This document shows positions 57,998 through 64,000 of a stretch of 64,000 bases of DNA, one piece after another. Position 1 is the stretch's first letter. Every line of letters starts with the position of its first letter. Below the pieces are notes generated by a model. That model did no database searches, was not told the DNA's origin, and saw only the letters and a program-made list of their open reading frames with translations. The translations under genes were made by a program, and so were the position numbers. Location of the stretch: contig CAVYHV010000014.1 in NCBI GenBank assembly GCA_963768425.1, forward strand, positions 64,001 through 128,000, written 5' to 3'. The stretch is from Candidatus Bathyarchaeota archaeon. GTDB lineage: Archaea > Thermoproteota > Bathyarchaeia > Bathyarchaeales > Bathycorpusculaceae.

Positions 57998-59699
57998 TCA
58001 TTTGGGCTGATTTGCCAGTTTCTTTCTAACTTCAGCCAATTGTTCTTCCAGCTTTGCCTCATCTGCATCTATCTTATGGAACAAAGGTTTCGGCTTAGCT
58101 ATCTTATGCCCTGCATCTAGGGGTTTTGTGGCTTCACTCCAGCTGCCTTCGCTTACCTTCCCAGGCAAATTCAGCGTTTGCCAAAGCTGCTCCGCCGTGT
58201 CGGGGATAAAGGGCGAAGAAACCACAGTGGCAGCTTTCACCACTTGAGCAGCGACATAAAATATAGTCGCAGCTTTTTCCTTGTCCGTTTTCATCAGGTT
58301 CCATGGTTCCTTGGTGTTGAGGTACTGGTTTCCAATTCGGCTAACTGACACAAGGGTGTTTACGGCGGATAGAAGTTTTGAAGCTTCAATTTCTTGGGCT
58401 GCTGCGTCTATTTTTTCCTTGATGGTCTGCATAATGGCCTCGTCGTCTTTGTCAAGTTTCGTGGGCTCCGGGATTGTGTAGTCGAATTTTGAGGCTATGA
58501 AGCTTAGGGTTCGATGTATAAAGTTACCGAATGTGTCATTTAAGTCGGCGTTGATTTTGTCTATAAACGCGTTCCAGGTGAAGTTTGTGTCTTTGCTTTC
58601 GGGTCTCGTGGCGATGAGGAAGAAACGCCAGTAATCCGCCGGGAACATCTCCAGGGCTTCGTCTATCCAGATGCCGACGCGTTGGCTTTTTGATGCTTTT
58701 TGCCCCTTGAACTGCAGAAACTCTGTCGCGGAAACGTTCCAGGGCAAGTTGTAGCCTTGGCCTGAAGCTAAAAGCAGTGCTGGTAGGATTATTGTATGGA
58801 ATGGGATGTTGTCTTTTCCGACGAAGTAGAGGGTTTTGGCTTGTTTGTCAAACCAAAAGTCTCGCCACCTCTCAGGCTGACCCAGCCGCTGACATTGTTC
58901 AATAGTTGCCGACACATAGCCCAAAACGGCGTCGACCCAAACGTAGATGGTTTTGCCTTCCGCCCCAGAGAAAGGTGCGGGTATTCCCCATTCAACGTCT
59001 CGGGTGACAGCACGAGGTTTTAAGCCTTCTTTTATCCAGTTTAAACTGAAGCTTTTGACGTTGCTTGGAAGCTGTTGGTTGCCCTGCAGATACTTCGTCA
59101 GGGATTCGGCAAGTTTTGAGAGGTCGATGTACCAGTGCCGCGTGGATTTTAACGGTTGGTTTGTTTTTGCAGATTACGCAGTACGGATCCACCAAGGCTG
59201 TTGGCTCGAGCAGCCTGCCACACATATCACATTGGTCGCCGCGGGCTTTTTCGCAGCCGCAGTACGGACATTTGCCTTCTACGAAGCGGTCAGGCAGGAA
59301 CCGTTGGTCATGTTCGCAGTATAACATTTGAGTTTCTTGCTCGAAAATGTAGCCGTTTTTCTGGATTTCAAGCAGGGTTTTCTGAACAAACTGCTTGTGA
59401 ATTGGGCTTTCGGTGCTTGTATAATTGTCAAATGACGCTTCCCATCGGCGGAATAGTTCAGCGACGCGGGCATGGTTGCGGTCGGTCAATTCTTTAGGTT
59501 TGACCCCTTGTTTTATGGCTTCGACCTCAATGGGTGTGCCATGTGTGTCTGAACCACTGACCATCAATACCTCGTCGCCCTTTAGGCGGTAGTAACGTGC
59601 GGTGACGTCGGCGGAGAGCACCGAGCCTACGAGGTTACCCAAGTGAGGTGTAACGTTGATGTATGGCCAAGCGGAGGTAACCAAAACTTTTTCAGGCAA
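57998..59699 (-). CDS. metG: Methionyl-tRNA synthetase, single +1 frameshift in an A4 run (~59147-59150)
   Basis: SAWPY..PHLGN, Zn knuckles, [19 protein letters not shown]; removing one A joins both ORFs. Confidence 0.92.
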
Positions 59700-59947
59700 A
59701 CTTAATCATCACAAACGGTTTGGTACCGCCCCTATTTAAAATTACTAGCAGTCAACTACGCATGGTTGCGTGCTATTTTCATTATTCTCGTCATTTTTTT
59801 CGTTGATTTTCTGTCACAAATCTATGGACCCCTTCAGGGTCGTGTTCTCTCACATACCTTGGACTAACGGTCAACTAGATGATCCAAATTTGAACCTTAG
59901 ATTTCATTTATAGCACTTTCTAAATCAAAGAAAGAAAGCGGAGTTAG

Positions 59948-60328
59948 CTATTGGAGAGGTGATCTCTCTGATAACAGCGGGGTAACCTGCATTGAAATGT
60001 TGCTATCGGTTGACAAGTTTTTGCAGATGAAGTTGAGTGAACTTTCGGTGAAGTTTAAAACACTTTTCCCATCGCTGGTAAGGGAGTAAATTTTTCTCGG
60101 TCTTTCCGCATTCATATTCCAAGCGCTTTTAACATAGCCTTTTTTCTCTAGATGAGTTAGCAGGGGGTAAATTGTGCTGGGTCCGAAGTAGACACCGAAG
60201 TTTTTGCGGATTGTTGTGATAAGTTGGTATCCATGCATTGATTCCTTGCCTAAGTACTGTAAGATGATCATATCTAGGAGACCTTTTGTGAGTTTTGTTT
60301 GAGTTTCTTTTTGGTAGTTTTTTATCAT
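59948..60328 (-). CDS. PadR family regulator
   Basis: MHGYQLI, GPSTIYPLL..LEKKG, RPRKIY.LT..G. Confidence 0.92.
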   Translation of the reverse strand: MIKNYQKETQTKLTKGLLDMIILQYLGKESMHGYQLITTIRKNFGVYFGPSTIYPLLTHLEKKGYVKSAWNMNAERPRKIYSLTSDGKSVLNFTESSLNFICKNLSTDSNISMQVTPLLSERSPLQ

Positions 60329-60353
60329 TTTTTCTTTTTCTCCTGTTGATGTG

Positions 60354-60401
60354 TTGTACAGGGGTACAATATGTCTTTTTAAGACATATTTCTTATGTCT
60401 T
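60354..60401. promoter_or_regulatory. Overlapping inverted repeats at the padR promoter (probable operator)
   Basis: AATATGTCTT-ttt-AAGACATATT (60368-60390), AAGACATA-tttct-TATGTCTT, TTGTAC-aggg-GTACAA. Confidence 0.6.
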
Positions 60402-60713
60402 CATATTGTCAAAACTGCCACATAAACCCTCGCACATAACCCAAACATATCAAAACACTCAGTTGTCCAACACAACGCCACATCAATACATAAAAACCCA
60501 ATTAAAAAATCAAAATTCCAAAAGCCCCGGCCGCTCAATAGAAACTGTACAACACTTAAACAGAAAACCAAACTACAACATGACCCTGTCCGAAAAAAGG
60601 CAGTGAAAAATCAGAAATTTTGAGCCAAGAACGAACCGAAGGGTCTGATTCACAAATACAGTTAATCTTATTTAGATTGATTTGATATTAGGCACGATTT
60701 AGAGACGACAAGA

Positions 60714-61076
60714 ATGAAGGGAAAAGATCATTTTGCGGATGCTCTGGGAATTCAGCTGGTTGAAGCCAGAGACGGACATGCTAAAGTAGAGATGAAAGTT
60801 GAGAAAAACCACACCAACGCCTTGGGGTATACTCATGGCGGAGCAATCTTCTCGCTCGCAGACTACGCATTCGCACAAGCATGCAACTACGGCGACAACG
60901 TTGCCGTCGCAGTCCAAGTAAGCATCAATTTTCTGAAGCCCTCCGCTGAAGGCGACGTTTTGACGGCTATAGCGGAGCGGATTTCAGATGGAAAAACGAC
61001 TGGATTGTATCAAGTGACTGTTAAGAGCGGGGATAAGATTGTGGCTTTCTTTACGGGGTTAGCTTTCAAAAAATAG
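60714..61076 (+). CDS. paaI: PaaI hotdog-fold acyl-CoA thioesterase
   Basis: N..G.THGGAIFSLADYAFA.ACN. Confidence 0.88.
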   Translation: MKGKDHFADALGIQLVEARDGHAKVEMKVEKNHTNALGYTHGGAIFSLADYAFAQACNYGDNVAVAVQVSINFLKPSAEGDVLTAIAERISDGKTTGLYQVTVKSGDKIVAFFTGLAFKK

Positions 61077-61162
61077 ATACCCTAAAATCTCGATCGCCAA
61101 TTTTGGACTTGGAAACTTAAAAAGAGGGTACGTCGGTTAAATCCGACGATCAGTTTGGTAAA

Positions 61163-61216
61163 TTATTTTTTCTTCGCTGGTTTAACTTCTTTCTTTGCAG
61201 GTTTCTTAGCTGGCAA
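61163..61216 (-). CDS. 17-aa lysine-rich PAKK peptide
   Basis: TTG-start MPAKKPAKKEVKPAKKK*, GAGGT SD and TTATAAAC TATA upstream. Confidence 0.6.
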   Translation of the reverse strand: MPAKKPAKKEVKPAKKK

Positions 61217-61443
61217 CAATTGAACCTCAGGGATTAATTGTTGTATGATTTTGTTTATAAGAACTTCTATTATCGAGTCTGAAGAAATCCGTCAGCTAAA
61301 GCATTTCAACTTTCAGGAGTCTTTTGCAGGGCCAAAAGAGCAGTCCTGACCTTGCATTCCTAATGTTTGATGAAGTGCGATTTTCTTTTTTTGCCTTTCA
61401 GAAATGATTAAGGCACGAACGGTAACGCTTTTACGTTGAAAAG

Positions 61444-62133
61444 TTGAATTATAGCGCTATGAGCCCCGCCAGGAAATCTCCTCCGCTAAAAAAGCGCAGA
61501 CAGACACGCCCTTGGGTAGTTATTGTTTCAGTCGCTTTACTTGTTGGATCAATGCTGGCAACTGTACATTTTTGGTCCACATCAGTCAACAAGGATTCCG
61601 TAAACAATCAGTTAACCCCCGCGAACACCGACCCAGCTTTTGAAGCTTTCACCAATCATTACCTTGACATAATGAAAAATTTGAATTCAAGCCAAACCAA
61701 AACCAAAATGCTATCTCTGCTTAACCCTGACTACAACCAAACTCAACTTTTCAGTTGGGAAGGCAGCAAGATGACATTTGCCTCGGACCCAACCGGCTTT
61801 TTTGAGGACCCATTCCAAATTCTGGATAGAGGCCAAGGCATCTGCGTGCAATGGAGCATAGTTTATGTTTCAGCTTGTTTAGCGCTTGGGTACCAAAGCA
61901 GACTTGTTGTGGCTGTTGACACCCAAGGCTGGAGCTATATTCATGTCTGGGCTGAAGACTACTACAACGGCAAATGGGTTCACGTGGATCCGTCAGACAA
62001 AGTTTGGAACGCCCCACACAGGTACCTGAGTTGGGATTGGGGACCATACATTGGATCGACAGTCAAAGTCTACGCGTTTGAAGACAACCTATACCAAGAC
62101 GTAACATCCACCTACAGCGCCAACTCAAGCTAA
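61444..62133 (+). CDS. Membrane-anchored transglutaminase-fold protein resembling the peptide:N-glycanase core
   Basis: TM near N-terminus; GICVQW (Cys), HVWAE (His), WVHVDP (Asp), VYAF...DVT..Y. Confidence 0.8.
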   Translation: MNYSAMSPARKSPPLKKRRQTRPWVVIVSVALLVGSMLATVHFWSTSVNKDSVNNQLTPANTDPAFEAFTNHYLDIMKNLNSSQTKTKMLSLLNPDYNQTQLFSWEGSKMTFASDPTGFFEDPFQILDRGQGICVQWSIVYVSACLALGYQSRLVVAVDTQGWSYIHVWAEDYYNGKWVHVDPSDKVWNAPHRYLSWDWGPYIGSTVKVYAFEDNLYQDVTSTYSANSS

Positions 62134-62254
62134 AAGGCGCGGAGCGCACATAAGGCTCATATCATCCTTTGGCTATGCGGCAATTTCTTAAATAATCGAG
62201 CAACCAAAGAATAAGGAAGAAACATGTTACGTCAAATGTTAAACGGACGGCAAA

Positions 62255-63262
62255 ATGTTAACCATCAATAAACTCAGGAAAGATGAAGGCGGACAATGGC
62301 GCTCCGACAATTTAGAGGTTCTGCCCGACAAAATCGATGAGGATTCCATCCTGTGGGTTGACGCTGAAGATCCTGATGAAGCTGAAATGGCGAAGTTAGC
62401 AAGCTATTTCGAGTTAGTTAATTTCAATGTGAAGGAATTTGACGAGCATGGACGTCGGTCGAAAATTGAAGAAGTTGAGAACCGTGTTTCCTGCTTTGTG
62501 AGTTATCCGAGCAGCGGCGAGTTTATGCCGGTGGCAAGAACAAAATGGATTGCCTTAACCATAAGCAACAGATGGATCGTTTCCGTTCACAAAGGTCACT
62601 CAGACATAACCTGCGAAATCTACAAGAAAATCAGCACCCACGGCTACTTTGCCCTTTCACTCGAACCGTCTACGGATATCCTACTGTACATAATATTAGA
62701 CCTGATTCTGAACGAGTGCTTCCTAGTTTCTGACATGGCTCACGAAAGGCTTCAGTTTTTAAGCCAAGAAGCTGCAAAAGGCTTCAGACAGCGACCGAAG
62801 GAGCAAAACAGGAACATAGGGGTGGAAATTGCCAGGTCAAGAGAGCAAGTCTTGGCTCTTAGGCAGGCGATAGGACCTCTCCGTGAAGTTGCAGCAAGGA
62901 CGGCAAGAGGCGAATTCGCCATAGTTTCAAGTGCAACGCTTCCGCGTTTTGAAGATCTTTACGATAGGACAATATCACTCATAGACGTTGTAGATACTCA
63001 CCGAGAAGAAATCCAGGACATCGTCGATATCGTTATCAACGCCCAAACTTTGACAACTAACAACATAATCAGGGTATTAACCATCATTTCAGCGATTTTT
63101 CTGCCGCTCACCTTGATTGCGGGCATTTACGGGACAAACTTCGGACGGGGATTCTCAGTGCCAGGAAGTAATTACAGTTACGGTTTCTACATCATGATTG
63201 TGGTGATGATCAGCGTTTCAGCGGGGCTCATCGCTGTTTTTCGAAGAAAAGGCTGGATCTAA
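62255..63262 (+). CDS. corA: CorA-family Mg2+/Co2+ transporter
   Basis: WVD, LTIISAIFLPLTLIAGIYGTNF (GTN variant of GMN), FRRKGWI. Confidence 0.92.
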   Translation: MLTINKLRKDEGGQWRSDNLEVLPDKIDEDSILWVDAEDPDEAEMAKLASYFELVNFNVKEFDEHGRRSKIEEVENRVSCFVSYPSSGEFMPVARTKWIALTISNRWIVSVHKGHSDITCEIYKKISTHGYFALSLEPSTDILLYIILDLILNECFLVSDMAHERLQFLSQEAAKGFRQRPKEQNRNIGVEIARSREQVLALRQAIGPLREVAARTARGEFAIVSSATLPRFEDLYDRTISLIDVVDTHREEIQDIVDIVINAQTLTTNNIIRVLTIISAIFLPLTLIAGIYGTNFGRGFSVPGSNYSYGFYIMIVVMISVSAGLIAVFRRKGWI

Positions 63263-63453
63263 AGAGAACGTTCTGCTGTCTTGTTTGAACGCTTGCCAAT
63301 GGGTTAGTTTTATATATTAACCGATACAATATTTTTAGAACTATGTTGCATAAAAAGCAATATGGAAACAGGGATAGCTTAGGGCAACAGTTCGCTTTTC
63401 CGTTAATTTCGCATAAAATTTCGTTAACAACGACATTTGGAGGCATGAACTAA

Positions 63454-64000
63454 TTGACTGACGCAGTGCCTAATGCTCCGACTCAAGGGGAAATAGACGG
63501 CGCAAAAATAATTGCTCGCCAAGATCGGATTCCCATTTGGTCGCTCTCTTACTTGTTCTTGGGCATACTTGGAATTGGATACATCTTCATTTTCTTCGAT
63601 ATTTTTAACATCAACGTTTCTTTTATTCAGACCGCGTTAACGCTCGGCTGGGCGACGTCTCCCACTTCATCAGCGATAACGAGCCTAGAAGGACTTGTTG
63701 TTCTTTTGAACCTGATTGGCTACGTTATTGGCGCTTTGGCTCTCAGCCCATTCTCAGATAGGTTCGGAAGAAGAGAAATGCTTATAGTAACTCTTTTGAT
63801 AACAGGAATTGGCTCTCTTTTCAATGCGGTCGTCACAAATTACTGGGAATTCACCGCTGCAAGGTTCATTACAGGCATTGGAGTTGGTGCCGACCTTGCC
63901 ATCGTCAACTCATACATTAATGAGGTGGCTCCAAAAAATGGCAGAGCAAAATACACGTCATTCTTATTCGTTCTTGCAGGAATCGGAACCGTTTTGGCCG
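63454..64000 (+). CDS. MFS transporter (partial, runs off window end)
   Basis: TTG after GGAGG; ARQDRIP, SDRFGRR, RFITGIGVG, YINEVAP. Confidence 0.88.
   Translation, partial: MTDAVPNAPTQGEIDGAKIIARQDRIPIWSLSYLFLGILGIGYIFIFFDIFNINVSFIQTALTLGWATSPTSSAITSLEGLVVLLNLIGYVIGALALSPFSDRFGRREMLIVTLLITGIGSLFNAVVTNYWEFTAARFITGIGVGADLAIVNSYINEVAPKNGRAKYTSFLFVLAGIGTVLA

Noticed and set aside
58992-59160. Programmed frameshift or split metG
   Set aside because: No slippery heptamer or obvious stimulatory structure; similar single-base indels in several unrelated genes point to assembly error
63445-63453. ATG-AAC-TAA mini-uORF or stop readthrough before the MFS gene
   Set aside because: The ATG is only 1 nt from GGAGG, whereas TTG at 63454 has normal SD spacing and explains the gene

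Overview
Archaeal chromosomal DNA, most consistent with Bathyarchaeia. This is inferred from the Cdc6/Orc1, archaeal TatA, TATA/BRE promoters, a 916-aa PQQ-type surface propeller and lineage-style small Zn-finger proteins. Housekeeping and metabolic blocks are moaA/B/C, cdc6, agmatine deiminase pathway, nadX, glpX, aor-ferredoxin-iorBA-paaK, metG and corA. They alternate with AT-richer accessory stretches (~2.9-10.9 kb and ~16.3-27 kb) carrying decayed integrase relics, surface proteins and small ORFs missed by the ORF track. The strongest leads are: (1) an IorA whose TPP-binding domain is interrupted by a ~130-aa 4x[4Fe-4S] module closely resembling the neighbouring AOR-associated ferredoxin; (2) an archaeal TPP riboswitch controlling an unusual ECF-S / methyltransferase / AIR-synthase-family / divergent ThiE operon; (3) a tRNA-Arg-anchored split-integrase relic carrying a GH18-like surface protein; (4) a membrane-anchored PNGase(NGLY1)-like protein; (5) a 17-aa PAKK peptide gene, two ACG-start small ORFs and a 9x10-bp phased repeat. 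Single-base frameshifts in metG, glpX and aor look like assembly errors. No CRISPR array or rRNA was seen. All family assignments come from motif recognition by eye, not from database searches.
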